Positions 48,256 to 62,400 of a stretch of DNA of 64,000 nucleotides are shown piece after piece. The translations under genes and the position numbers were made by a program. The stretch's first letter is position 1. Every line of letters starts with the position of its first letter. Source of the stretch: Blasia pusilla (Eukaryota); assembly GCA_050084515.1 (NCBI GenBank), contig CM114271.1, positions 28,520,001 through 28,584,000 of the forward strand, written 5' to 3'. The notes under the pieces were generated by a model. It saw only the letters and a list, made by a program, of their open reading frames with translations. It was not told the DNA's origin and searched no databases.

Positions 48256-51129
48256 GGAAACTGTGAAAGAAGGCTTACAAACTGAATCTGTTGGACACAT
48301 CTTCAGTGTGCAAGTTCCAGAATAACATCTTTTGAATAAAATCCCGTTAAAAAAGGGAAACCAATTAAAGATAAGCTACCTATAAGCATCATAGCATAGG
48401 AACCTTGCTTGCGCCAAGACGAATCTGAGCCCATTGCTTCTCATGTGGCGAGGGTGAAAGGAGCCTATACCTAAGAAGTCCAAAACTAGAGTAGGAGAAA
48501 GCTTGAGCTCATCCACTCTGATGTGTGTGGACCAATGAAAGTAGCATCTCACGGAGGTGCAAAATATTTTGTTTCTTTCACTGATGACAAGTCAAGAAGG
48601 ACGTTTGTCTACTTGATGAAGACAAAGGATGAAGTCTTGGACAGATTTCACCACTTTGTCAATGAGTTTGAGAATGAGCTTGGCCTAAAAGTAAAAGTGC
48701 TTAGAACTGATGGAGGTGGAGAATACATCAACAAACAGTTCAAAGATTTCTTATCTCAAAAGGGAATCAAGAGTCAAGTTACTGCAAGGAGCAGTCCAGA
48801 GCAGAATGGAGCAGCTGAAAGATTGCATAGGACATTGGTTGAAAGAACCAGGTCCATGCTCTCCACAGCAAACCTTGGTCGAGAATTTTGGGGAGAAGCC
48901 CTAACTACTGCCAACTAATTGAAGAATTTGAGCCCTTCAACAGCATTGGACAACTTGACATCAGAGGAAGCATGGAGTGGTAAGAAATCTTATCTCTCTC
49001 ACCTGAAAGTTTTCGGGTGATGTGCTTATGTTTTGATTCCAAAGGAGAAAAGAACAAAACTAGACTCCAAATCGGAGAAATGCATATTCTTAGGGTATGA
49101 ACCTGGATGTAAAGGGTACAGATTCTTCAATCCAAGGACTAAGAAAGAAATCAGAAGTAGGGATGTCTATTTCAATGAGAAAGATCTTGGTAGCAGCATT
49201 ACTAGCATTGCAGAAGTCAATTTTGAAAAGGAGTTGACATTCTTTAAAGATATCAAGGCTGAAGAAAATGATGTTGAGGTTGATGAATCTCCAAGGAGAT
49301 TATCTCCAACCAGATTTTACGTAAGGAGAAAGCCTGTTGTAGAAACATCAGAAGTACAATTAGAGAGTACCGATAGTTACAGGCACAGAGCAACAACCTT
49401 CAGTTCGAAAATCAACAAGGACATCCAAAATTCCAATCAGACTTGGGACAAGTCTTGGGAGAGGTGAGACTAACAAGCAAGAAGAAAGATTCACAGAGGA
49501 ATCGCATCTGGCTGAAGTGTGTTACCAAGCCCTTGATAATGCAGGTTGTACATCAGGAATGTTAGAGGCTGATGAACCGTTAAGTCTTGAAGAAGCTCTC
49601 ACTAGAGATGATGCCATCCAGTGGGAGCAAGCGGTACATGAAGAGATGGGATCTCTCCAAAGCAATCAGACTTTTGAGTTGGTGAATTTGCCCCCCATGA
49701 GGAAGGCAATCGGTTGCAAGTGGGTCTTCAAAGTGAAAAGAGGACCTAACAATGAGGTGGTCAAGTATAAAGCTAGACTAGTTGCCAAAGGCTACAGTCA
49801 GATTGAAGGACTTGACTATGCAGAAACTTTAGCTCCTGTAGCAAAGTTTACTTCCATAAGAAGCTTGCTAGCATTGGCGGCAAAGCATAATTGGGAGATA
49901 CATCAAACGGATGTAAAAACCGCCTTCCTCCATGGAGAATTGCATGAGGAGATTTACATGCAACAGCCAGAAGGTTTCAAGGATGGAGACAAGGTATGGT
50001 TACTGAAGAAAGCCTTATATGGACTCAATCAAGCATCAAGACTCTGGTATGAGAAAATTGACGGTTATTTTTTCAGTAGTTGGGTTTCACAAGAATAGGG
50101 CAGATCCTAGTGTTTATCACATGTTGAAAATTGTGGTTCACATAGCACTGTATGTAGATGATTTGTTACTCCTCTGTGAAGACCTGAAAACTATGCACAG
50201 GCTGAAGCGTGGACTGAGTGAGGCTTTTGAAATGGTTGATCTAGGAGAAGTCAATTATTTACTCGGAATACAAATCACTAGAAATAGAGATGTTGGTTGG
50301 ATCAAGATGAGCCAAACCAAATATGTGAAGAATGTCATCGGTCGTTTTTCTATGGGTGATTGTAATCCAGTAGGAAAACCAATGGAGGTAGGAATCAAGC
50401 TTACCAAGGAAATATGTCCTCAAACTGAATTGGACATGAATGATATGGCTAAGATACCATATCAGAATGGAGTGGGCTGCATTACGCATCCAATGGTTGC
50501 CACAAGGCCAGACCTTGCATACACAGTGGGAGTTTTGAGCAGGTTCATGCACAACCCTGGCTTGCAACAGTGGCAAGCTGTCAAGCGTGTGATGAGATAC
50601 CTGAATGGCACTCACGACTTTTGCCTCACATATAACAAAGAGGCAGAAGTAGATCTATTGGTTGCAGTGACACTAATTGGGCAGGAGATCTAGACAATAG
50701 ACTATCTACTTCTGCATATTGCTACTTGCTGTGTGGAGGAGCTATTAGTTGGAGCAGCAAGAGACAATCCCCCGTGGCACTTTCCACGTGAAGCAGAATA
50801 CATGGCTCTAACACATGCTGCCAAGGAGGCAATATGGCTTAGACGCTTCCTTGATGGTTTTGGATGCCATCAAGCAAGACCTACAAAAGTGTATGCAGAT
50901 AACCCGGGCAGTATTGATCTAAACAAGAATCCGATACACCATGCGAGGACAAAGCACATTGATATACAACGTCACTTTATGCGGGAAAAGGTTGGAGTGG
51001 AAATTGAATTAGAACACTGCGCAACAGAGGACATGACAGCTGACGTATTCACAAAAACTCTTACCAAGGTTAAACATCTAAGGTGCATGGAGTTAATTGG
51101 GATACACCTGAGCTCTCGTTGAGTGGGAG

Positions 51130-52352
51130 TGTTGAAATTGCAACTGTGAGATCAGGAAAAAAAAATCTTATTTTTTTACTTTTTACTATGAAAAGTTACT
51201 TTTATTAGCTGTAGGTGAAGATCTATTTTTAGTGTTGTAAAACATAGTAACTTGGAGTTTACTATAGTGAAAAGTAACTGATATAATTACTATAGTAACT
51301 TAGTGTTTTACCACAGTAAATAGTAATTTCTTGTTACCATAGAGTTAACTTAGTGATTCTGAGAATTACTATGGGCGGCAGGCCCTAACCCTACAACCCT
51401 AAAACCTACAAACTCATTCTCTTGGCTGTATATAACCCTCTGAGGGTGCCCTGCGAATTTACATTTCTCTTACACCTTTCTGAACACAACTCTCAGAGCT
51501 GAGGAGCTGATTGAGAAGCACTGAGTGTGCTTTGCTTACCTGAGTGGATTGTGCTTCTGACCTTAGTAGTTCAGTGTGCTGCTGCTTACAGACTGAGAGG
51601 TCTGCTGACTTGAGGAGTTCAGTGAGTCTTGTGATACAAGTTGTATAGTAGTACTAACCTGAGTGGTTGCTATTGAGATGTCTACTCCTGCTAACCTGAG
51701 TGGTTGCTATTGCACTAAGTGTGCTTGAGAATGCAAGGTAATCTGGTGATGCAGGTTGTCTAGCTCTTTCCTCTACAATCTAACCTGAGTGGTTGCTATT
51801 GCACTAAGTGTGTTTGTAATAGCTAGGTTGTAGAGAAACTCTGATATTCTAAAATTTAGGATTTATAACTAGACCTTTTAGGGTTTCATAATAGCCTCCT
51901 TTTAGTCTTAGTTAAAGACTTTTAGGGTTTAAGATAGCCAGCGGCTATCCTGTAAGAGCAAGAGGCTTACCAGAGCACTCTTATTCTCTTCTCTCCTTTC
52001 CCCAGCTCCTGGACCTGCAAACTTCCTGACTGCTGCCCCTCAGCTTGGGTGGCTGACCTATTGTGATAGAAGGAGTTGATGTTTTGGAGGACCTACTGCT
52101 GGAGGAGATAGTGTGCTGCCTGAAGAGGCATCAATAGTGTAGAGAGTCTCTTCTTCCTACAGGAAGGAAGTTTATGAGCAGTAGATCAATCAGATCTCTC
52201 TCATTGTTTTGTAAGTACAAAGTTTCCTTTCCTATTTGACATCTGTGAAGCTATTCCATGTATCTGTAATCTGCTGTGACTTCTTGGAGCTTGGAGAAAC
52301 AAATTAGCTCTGTAATCAAAGTCAGTATTTGTTTACTCCTCATTTTGTCTTA
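51130..52352 (+). repeat. 3' LTR of element C (about 1.22 kb)
   Basis: Follows the GAGTGGGAG PPT and starts TGTTG. TATATAA at about 51428. End is mutated to TA. Confidence 0.88.
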
Positions 52353-54248
52353 TGATTCATCATCCACCAGGGTCCAAAGGAGCTGCATGAGAAAGACACT
52401 TCCAAACAGTGCATCCGGTAGTCTAATGTGGGCCATGGTTTGTACCAGGCCTGACATTTCTTCTGTAGTAAGCACGATTTCTAGATTATTGGCTGAACCA
52501 GGTCCAGCTCATTGTGTTGCTATGAAAAGGATTCTTAGATATCTAAGAGGGACAGCAGACTAAGAACTGCTACAGAGGAGAAAAAATAATTCAGAACCAT
52601 TGTACTCTGATGTTGATTGGGGAGGTAACCTGGATGATCAACCATCAACCTCTGCTTTCTGTTTCTTATTAGGACAGGCAGCTGTATGCTGGGGACAGAA
52701 GAAGCAGAAATCTGTTGCCCTATCCACTATTGAAGCCAAATAAATACCTTTAGCAATTTCTGCTGCCTGTGTCAAAAATACGTTCACTCGTCGGTGACTA
52801 GGCTACCATGGACGTGAATTGCATTCAATTCAGTTAGAACATGACTGTGTTCAAAGAGACAAGTTTCAGAGGTCTCTGAGTATTTATATGAGCTCCTCTG
52901 ATCAGCTGTAGGCTGCAAACTACATTCCTTACAGATGCAAGTTGTTCTGTCTGCTATATTCATATGTCTACTCCTCTGATTTCTTACAGCCTAAGGGGGT
53001 GTCAGACCTTACTTGTCAAGTATGTAGACAGCACAGGTCCATATATGGACTCGTAGAATTTCAAAGTTCCAAAATTAACACAAATGGAGGATCAGGAAAA
53101 CTTTAGTTCAATTAACCCTGTACATAGATGATGCCAAACTAATCAGCAGTTGTATGGCATTTCTGATAACTGTCAAGGACTCGATGCAGAGGGAGTTCAG
53201 AATGATAGACCTGGGAGAAATCAATCATGTTTTACAGATGGAAGTAACTAGAGAAGAAAGATGGATTAGACTATCACAGATTAGGTGTGCAAATACTGTA
53301 GTTGCAAGTTGGAAATCCCTGACAGCAAACCTGTAGATACACCAGTAGAGTCATATCAGAAGATCTCTAAAAAGGATTCCCCAAGGCTAGATATATGGCT
53401 GATCCAGCCCATCGATTAACCATGAAAAGGATTTGCAGATATCTCAAGCATCGATGGAAAACTTAGGACTAGTATGCAGTAGAATAGAGAGTTTAGAACC
53501 ATTGTATGGTTACTCTGATGCTGACAGGGGAGGTAATCTATATGATTGAACATCAACATCTGGATTTTGTTTCTTATTAGCAAATGAATCTGTATGCTGG
53601 GGCAGCAAGAAGTAGAAATTTGCTCCCCTACCGCACACTGAAGCAATTATATGGCTTTAGCAAGAGCACTCATAGAGGCAATTTTATTAAGACATTTCCT
53701 TGGTGAGGTAGGACATCAGCAAGAGTATTGCGATAATCAAGGTGCTGTTGCTTTGCAAGATAGAAGACCATCTAGTGCTTGCTTGCGGAGAGAGTGCAAA
53801 AAGGATTGACAGATGTAGTAGATTGCACCACAGATGAAATGGTGGCATATATTTTTATGAAGGGATTCACTAGAGAGAGACATAATATTCATAGAGTTAC
53901 TGTCTATGGAGGTAGTCACCAAGTGGGAGTGTAAGAAATCTGCTACATAGATTTGCTGATCGCCAGTGACACGTAGAAATCAAGGTTCATGCAGTCAAAT
54001 AAAGCAGAACTCATGGCATGTGATCAGGAACAGGTGCCACTTGCCAGTGACTAGACTAGCATAGACGTGAATTGAATTCAGATTTGTAAGAAAACGACTC
54101 TATTCAGAGGTCCTTGAGTATAGGTATGGATAAGCAACTCTCATCAGATCAAGGTTGCAGGTCACATTCCTTAACTGTTGCGAGTTGTTCAATTGCCTGC
54201 TCAGTTCTGTCCGCTATATTGATCAGTCTAGTCCTCTGGTTTCCTACA
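52353..54248 (+). mobile_element. Degenerate Ty1/copia RT/RNase H relics with short related LTRs (about 52770-52988 and 53930-54248)
   Basis: GSLMWAMVCTRPDIS..KRILRYLRGT, MIDLGEINHVL, an AAGTGGGAG PPT, and shared LTR-like sequence ending CTTACA/CCTACA. Confidence 0.75.
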
Positions 54249-54656
54249 CAATAGTGTTCAACCTGTACTGAGTGGAGGAGAGCTGCCACAATATGCAATG
54301 AGGGACATGAGCAAAACTAGCGCCTCATTAGTCTAATCACACCATGGGTTTTCCACCGGTAAATGGCTGGATCAGACGAAACTAAGTCTCCAACTTTCTC
54401 ATCTCCATTAGTGTGAAAGGTGATTTCTCTACTCTTCACATTGCCATATACCTGCGTCTGATGAATATTCAGAAAAGCCCGGTACACTCACCTCCCATAG
54501 GTAAGGTGGAGAGGCTACTCTGGTAGAGAAACTGTTTAGTGTATCTTGCTAAGACCCAGACCCTAAGCAGTTCCAGCTAGAAATTGCAGCCTTTTCTCAT
54601 AGTCAACAATCAGAAATTTCACACATTCATAATTCTAGAAAATCAAAACCTTCTAT

Positions 54657-57600
54657 CTAATTTTGAGTTCCATGAAATTTACCTGAAGTAGATAGGTGTT
54701 GGCGATGCTCAGCTACTAGAAATCGAACCAAATTAATGAGTATACGTAGCTCGACAGTTCCTTCAGAGTAAGAATGTCCCGGTCCAGAGTGCCTTTGTTT
54801 CAGTTTCAGATTAGCCAACCCTTTCTTCTTAACTCCTAGCAAAGCTTGCTCGAAGGTGGCTTGTCCTCGGCCTCCTACTGCTCCAATCTGCAACTCATAA
54901 TGAAATTTGACTGCAGTAACATTCACCTGAGATTGCCATATCAAAAGTCATGAGCATTAGAATTATGAAATTCTCTTTCTTGTTACCATCTTATAAATCC
55001 AATTGATTTATTTACCATTTACCAATGTGCACTGGAAGACCTGAGCCACAGTACCACACCAAGATATTCACTTGATGGACCTGTGAGTTCTCCCTGCATT
55101 CATATCTCCCCCCTCTTTGAAACATTCCACAAAAAAATAGTTTTCAGCTAAATACCATCGAAACCTACCAGTCGGATGCCACCCCAAAGAGAAGACTTTC
55201 CACTTTCCCCAAATTGAGTTGAAGATGCTGTCAGCACCAACTGCTCCAAGCCAGTTACATGGGCCAACACCATAGCATGCAGCCGATCTGTTTCATCTGG
55301 AGCTCCACAAAGCTCTTGACTGTTCCCTAAACATGACTCAAGAATTCCAAGAGTCAGCTCGGCCAACTCCGGAATCCCAGGTCTCTGAAATATTTTTGCA
55401 GTTCCACACCTAGTACAGGTCTCAATTAAAGCCTGCCACAGACCAAACCAGTTGATACTGCCTGACAGTAATTGCCACCCTCGAGATCTCAGATGGTTTA
55501 GGGTAATTGGAATTAACAGAGCAGCACGATGAAAGAGATCAGGATCCATGTGAGCTCCATATGGCCTGAGTCCAAGAACACTTATACCCAAATCAGCAAT
55601 CACACAGGAGAGACTTTTGAATTGGAGAACATATGGAATTCCCAACAATCCACTTGCAGGTGTTTCATTGAGAGAAAAGCTCTCAGCATCAGCACAAGAA
55701 AGAAAATTGGCTGACACATGATCTTCAACCATACAGCGTAGCACTGTCAAGCAAAGTTTTCCTCGCATAACTCCTACCACTCCTGTTGTGGACAGACGAG
55801 AAAAGATATTTTTGCACAGTGAGAGGAAAGACTTTAGCACTTCAATCCACAGCAGTGATGCAGTCTGGCTAGATGTGGTAACTCCCCCTTGAACTGCTGA
55901 GAAATCTGAAGATGGCCATATCTGCATCATCCATCACCAATACAAACAATGTCATATCCCACAACACAAAATCCACTGTTTCTTTTCGTGGTTTCAAACA
56001 CTTGTCACTCCATTAATGTAACGAATCAGATAGTAAGGTAACCTTGAAAGGAGAGGAAAACAGGTGTTATCTTTTCTTCTTTGGTAACAAGCTCACCATC
56101 ATAATCTTGTTTTTCACAGGTTTCAAGTTAAAGTACCACTACATTAACAGTGTGGTCAAAATCCAAGTCGACCCATCAAGGCCACCTGCAGTTTCTCTGC
56201 AGTCCATTAAAGGCAGGTCAAGAATTCCAGAAGCCCATTACCTGAGTTGACTTGAGAGCCGGACTCAAGTAGCACAAGAAATAGATAAGGAAAAGTGCAG
56301 CAGTACTATTGCACCACGTAGCATCCACAACCTCTGATCCAAATCCAGACTTTGCTTCTGCAACTCCTGGTTCCGCAGGATCATTACTTTCAGCTGACGA
56401 CCAAAGTCCCAGGAGATTTCCCAAGTAACCAAAAATTCCCTCGCCTTGTAACCAAGTAGAATTTGGAAAAGAGTCTAATATCTCATTTGCAGTTGCCTTT
56501 GGAGGAGCCAAGAGGAGTGAAGAAACTGTGTGGAGGAGAGGAATAACTGGAGTGGTTGTTGATGATAGACATTGTGTGTATGGATTTGCACTCTCTCTCC
56601 ACAAGAGAAGCAAGATGAGAACAAGAGTGGCATCAAGCTCAAGCCGCTTCCGGTCAGCAGAAAGTTTCAAGTTGAATATAGCTAGAAGTGAGTCAAAGAT
56701 GTTGTTCACAAAGAGATAGCTCGCGACTGTGTTGGTGTTAACGTTATCAGTGGCAATCAGAATGGTCAAGTAAACCCTGTATTGCACATAATTAAAAAGA
56801 AACTGCCGAATCAGCAAACATATCAAGTTCATTTCTGCACATATACTCTCTCTATGGATATTAGCATTGTAGCAAAAAACAAAAAATGTAAAGCAATCAT
56901 CATCGAGTGATTGCTTCCGGACCACAACAGCAAATGGTAACTCCTACCAGTGCCAAAATCAGGATTAAAAGGTTACATGCAAACTAGGCAGCAACACAAG
57001 CAGTCAAATCAGTAGTGCAGACACACTCTTCACTCTAAACACATTCGTTTTTTCATGTCATCTGCGCTGTCTCACTTTTCTGGTAAACATACAATGTACT
57101 ATTCCACCTTTTGTAAGCAATAAATTGCAGGGTATACCAAAACCATCTTTAGTGATGAATTCACACCCTGAGATTGTGATGACTGTACTTTTTAAGCAAG
57201 GAATGAGTGAGGAGAGCATAATTTTAATTCCTCTAATGCGGAATTTTGCAAAATAGTAGCATTCATAATCCTGACAGAACATACCTCAATCCCAGAGATT
57301 TCACAAGTACAGGCACATCATCTCTGATTAGGAGACTTGCAACACCAGTCACCAACCGCCTGAAGAAAGAATCTGACAATTCTACAGTTCCAGCAACCAG
57401 TGTGATTATTGTATAGCCCTGGAAACAAACACCCATGCCATCAAGAAAGCTGCTATTGGCAGATCAGCTTAGTAGGCCAACATCAAATCTACGGTTCTAT
57501 AATGTGCCACCTCCCGAAAAAAGTACCTATCACTAGGGAGCAAATATATGCACTCGAAATTTCTCTCTGAGCAGAACCCCACCTGTTCAGTAAAACGCTT

Positions 57601-59083
57601 TCGAAAAATCTCTCTTAAAAGTACTGTCAATGTCTCAAGAGCATGCGCCACCCTTATAAAGTTCCCATCGCTCAAGTAGCTGCAAGCACAAGAGATTCAT
57701 TTCAGTACAGCACAACAGAAGGAAGGATAAGAGTACAAAAAAATTCAGTATGTAAGGGTGAGAAACCACCTGACTGTTCATTCAGTATCACAATCTTGAC
57801 AAAGCCTTTTGTGCACACCCAGCAAACCAAATCGTGAGAATTTTAGTGCAGAGGAACCTCTGTACTCATGGTGATGTCGGTCATTTCGAATCTCATTCCA
57901 TTTCTTCAGGAAGTAAGGTGAATAGCCTGAATGTCTTATTCGCTATATAAGAAAAATCATTGGCAGGAATAATGTCAACATAAAGAAAAGTTCTGGAAAA
58001 TTTTGTGAATTCATTAATTTGAGAGAAGAAAAATACAAGATAGACCACAAAGACACCTTCAATACGTTCATTGATAAGGGTTTGTGATGGAGGTACTTAT
58101 GATTGCATCACTTTTTTAAAAGGTCATAAGAGACCACAATAGAAACACAAGGAAATCACGGAATTAATAACACAAGAAAGGTGATTCTTGTGACCTACTC
58201 GTCTAAAGTAAGAAAAAAAAGTTAGCTAGGGAAGGAACGTGTTAGCCATGAAATACAATCATAGAACCGTACTTTAGAAGTGAACCTATGTCTCCAGAGA
58301 GACATCAAGATGTTGACTAAAAGTCAAGACCTTACACACACCGCATGTGTAAGTTCATATCAATGATAAACTCAATCTAATCAAATCATACCTCAACATT
58401 TCACAAGTTTGAATATTCACGTCTCAAAATTGGAAATAAACACCAAGAGTACACTGGGAAATTGAGCAATCGACAATGAAATATTCTCACTCGAATAGAA
58501 CATGTCCTCAAGTTCCCTCAAAGTCTATAGAATTCAAGGCAAAACATGTAAGGACTAGGTGGACTAAATATTTTACCACACGAGAATGCCGTAGAAGAAG
58601 GCAGATCAAGAATGAACAGAAAAACGACTGGATACATACGTTGAGTACGTGACAAAGAGCTCATTGATAACAGGCCTCAGATCTCCTCTTAGTTCGTCTT
58701 CACTAGCCTTTGCGATGAATTGAGCCAAAAACGTTGCATTAACCTGCACAATAACTGCCCCCATGAGAATGCAACAGGTACTGCTCCACTTATCTGCGTC
58801 ACGTTTCTACGGACGGAACGCAGAAGTAGGTCTGTTTGTTAATGAGGTGATGGGGAACCAACAAAAGAGTTTCATTAACCTTAAGAAGCAGCAACTCATC
58901 CCAAAACCTTGCTAGCGCTGCACGCCCTTGAACTCCTTGACCTTTGGAAGTGTGCATAGGACTTCGGCCTGCAAATATATCCTCATATAGAGAGACAAAC
59001 TTCTCCTTCAGTGATGACTTGTATGCCTCCGCAGATCTGCCAGTCAGATCGTTCCGGCTGACAAATGAAGAATGCTTCTGCAT
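54657..59083 (-). CDS. ARMH3: ARMH3/C10orf76 (UPF0668)-like armadillo-helical protein, about 698 aa; exons 59083-58880, 58743-58640, 57679-57583, 57418-57285, 56776-56242, 55921-55169, 54926-54657
   Basis: LKEKFVSLYEDIF..FWDELLLLKVN, IRVAHALETL, TDNVNTNTVASYL..NIFDSLL and LLLWRESANPY match the recalled ARMH3 N-terminus. Six GT-AG introns have consistent phases (2097 nt). Confidence 0.85.
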
Positions 59084-59420
59084 GCCTATTGAAAGTTACA
59101 ACAAACAAAGAAATGTGTGAGCATGCTTTCAAATTCTCGTCACTGCAATTGGAACTTTCACATCATGCGCCCCTTCAATTCCCAGTTCCTACCACATACG
59201 GAGAGTAGGATTTACGCAACAATATACAACACCTGTATGACGCCAAGTCAGCGATTACAAAACGCGCGTGTCCAGTGGCTGTCAGCAATCTCTGCCTTTT
59301 TCCTCCCATGTAGAAATATTCCCAACGCTAGCTTCAGTGAACCATGAACTTGACAAATCTGTGAAATGCAGAGAGCGTATTTGGCGGGAGGGGCACCACA
59401 CGAGCTAGGAAGATACCCGG

Positions 59421-62400
59421 TGTCCAATAAATAAGTGTGAATGGGGTTACACCAAAGGGTGCGTAAATATTCTACACGAATAGAATTTTTACAGGCCGAA
59501 TGATAGGCTTAATTCCTTGCCACAACACTCCTTCATGGTAAAACTTGCAGCAAGCAAGTTTGCGTCATCTTTTGCCCGCAACGAGTATTAGTCGGCAGCC
59601 CGTGCTATGGACTGAAGTGAAGGGACTAATTACGACCCTAATGAAAGTGCAAAAGTTATTTTGTAGCTCTCCTACCCTTATCAGATGTGAGTTTCATAAA
59701 AAATTTTGGATTCACTCTAATTATTAATAGTCCAAGAGGTTAATCCGTTATTACTATAAAGACAAGAGAGTCTAGTCTTCTTACTCCCTACTATACAAAG
59801 AAACCCTCCAACCCCTCGCAAGAATGTTTATTGTTTACTAGTAAGAATGCATGTGGGATGCTAGGGCATCAAATTTACAATAATAAAAGGTCTGTGGTTA
59901 CGGTGCATAGTTTGGACAACGACGTGGTCAGATTCGGAAGGAGCGTACGTATGTACCCAATAAGTATTGTGCGGACAACTAACGTACCCTAAAATACACA
60001 CCCAGAGGGAGCAAATGTTGAGTACTAATTAGGCAGATTGGGAAGCTTTTTCCCTATTCGAGTGAGACTAGAAGGAATTGAGGGATGCTCGTCATGCATT
60101 AAAAAGAACGGTGTGATCTTAGTGGAATAGTTCATGGAGTTATTGTATGAGAACTCTACTAAGGGTAACAATGAGTCCCATCCTTGTTGATCCTCCAATG
60201 TTAAGGCGCGTAGCATATCCTCAATAGTACGGTTGGCCCTTTCAGTTTGTCCATTAGTTTGAGGGTGATAAGCCATAGACATGGCTAGTTTAGTTTGGAG
60301 CAATCCGAATAAAGCCTTCCAAAATAAACTTGTGAAATGGGTTCCCCTATCAATGATAAGCACTTTAGGAAGACCATGATGGACAAACTGTCTCGATGTA
60401 GATCCTAGCCAACTCTGGTGCAGTCACAATCGTCTTGGTCGGACAAAGGTGTATCATCTTGCTTAGTCTATCCACAAAGACCACAATAGAGTCATATCCC
60501 GTGATCGTACATGGTAGCTCACAAACAAGATCCATAGTGACTTGTTCCCAACGTTTTTGAGATATTGGGATCGGCTACAACAATCCTGCTGGTTTTGTGT
60601 TACTAGCCTTGATTTGTTGACAAATCCTACAAATCCTTACATATATGTCAACATCTTCTCTCATTTTGGGCCAATAGTACGCTCGTTGTAATCCCTCTAA
60701 GGTTTTTTCAGCTCCCATATGACCCGCAATGACTGTGTCGTGAGCTTCAGACAATACTTCAATGCGTAATTGTGGATCTTGTGGGATCCATACTTTACCT
60801 TTACGGAAAACCAATCCTTGAGCCATGTATACTCTGTTGGCATGAATAGCAACTGCAATTTCTTCATCCTCCTTTGTGGCTTTGGATAACTTTTTCCACC
60901 AACTAGAGTGAATCTCCACTTCAGATATGTTATTCATCTGTGGTATACGAGTCAAGGCGTCTGCCAACTACTTCTTTCCTTCCACATAGACAATTTTCAT
61001 CATTGTTGTCGTCATTCTGCCCATCAAATTTGACGTTTGGAGAGCTCCATCTAGGACTCTAAGTAGACCAAGGGCTCGTGATCAATCTCCACCACAAACT
61101 CTTTATCGCCCAAGTAATGTTTCCAATGCTTGGTTGCCAATACAATAGCAAGTTCTTCTCGCTCTGTTGTATGGTAGTTTTTCTCCGCTGGCAATAGCTT
61201 GCGAGAAAAGAAGGCAATAGGATGCCATCCATCCTCCTATTCTTGTTGTAGTACTCCTCCAATGCTAGTACCTGAAGCATCTATGGCCAACTTGATGGGT
61301 CGATTAGGATGATACCATTTCAATATAGGGGCTTTGATCAAGGCATCCTTTAATGATTGAAAAGCAATCTCTTGTGATATGCCCCAATTCCATTTTTTTC
61401 CTTTCCTTAGTAAATCTGTTAAGGATTGTGCAATTTGAGCAAAACCTTTGACAAATCTTCGATAGAATCCTGTTAACCCTAGAAAACTCTTCAATTGAGT
61501 TTTATCCTCAGGTGCACTCTATTTTTGGATCGCTTCTACCTTCTCACTCATCACTTGAATACCTTTTGCGCTTACTCGATGCCCTAGATAATCAACTTCT
61601 GTTTTACCGAACTCACATTTTGACGCTTTAGCATACAACTCATTATCTCTTAGGATTTGAAGGACTTCTCGTAGATGATTTATATGCTCCTTTATCGTTT
61701 TACTATAGACTAAGATATCATCTAAGAATACAATGACAGACTTATCTAAATATGGACGAAAGATATCATTCATTAGGCCCATAAAGGTTGCAGGTGCATT
61801 AGTAAGACCAAATGGCATGACTAAGTATTGAAAGTGTCCATACCTAGTACGAAAAGCAGTCTTTTGCACATCTTCATCCGCAATTCGAATTTGGTTGTAA
61901 CCGCTACGAAGGTCAAGTTTGGTGGAGTATTTTGCTCCTTGTAGTTGGTCCAACAAATCATCCATTCTTGGTAATGGATATTTTTTTTTGACTGTTTGTT
62001 GATTTAGTGCTCGATAGTCGATACACAGTCGCATGCTTCCATCCTTCTTTTTCACAAAAAGGACAGGGGCTCCATATGGCGAGACGTTTGGTTGGTTAAA
62101 GCCTTTCTGCAACATCTCCTCCACTTGGGCTTTGCATTCTTCTAATTCTCTTGGAGCTAAGCGGTAAGGAGCTTAACATGGTGGTGTGCTTCTTGGAAGG
62201 ATCTCAATCTTGTGGTCTACCCTCCGTTTGGGTGCTAACCCTGATGGTAAATCATTTGGGAATACATCTTTGTATTCCTCCAAAACTTCTCTCAATTCGT
62301 CTGGTACCTCTGAATATTTTTTTAAACCATAAACATCTCTTATTAAACCTAGGAAACATACATCTTGATGTTTGATGGCGGTTTTTCCTATTACATATAG

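Larger units (their letters stand above)
46932..52352 (+). mobile_element. Ty1/copia element C: partial 5' LTR (46932-47304), PBS, gag start, internal deletion, INT-RT-RH, and 3' LTR (51130-52352)
   Basis: KLDATNWRKWSFEMK, IHSDVCGP, RTDGGGEY, KARLVAKGYSQ, YVDD and HARTKHIDIQRHF. 46932-47304 matches 51981-52352. Confidence 0.94.

Noticed and set aside
59421-60024. Chromodomain after the integrase of the terminal gypsy
   Set aside because: The integrase frame ends at about 60025 and no chromodomain motif was seen.
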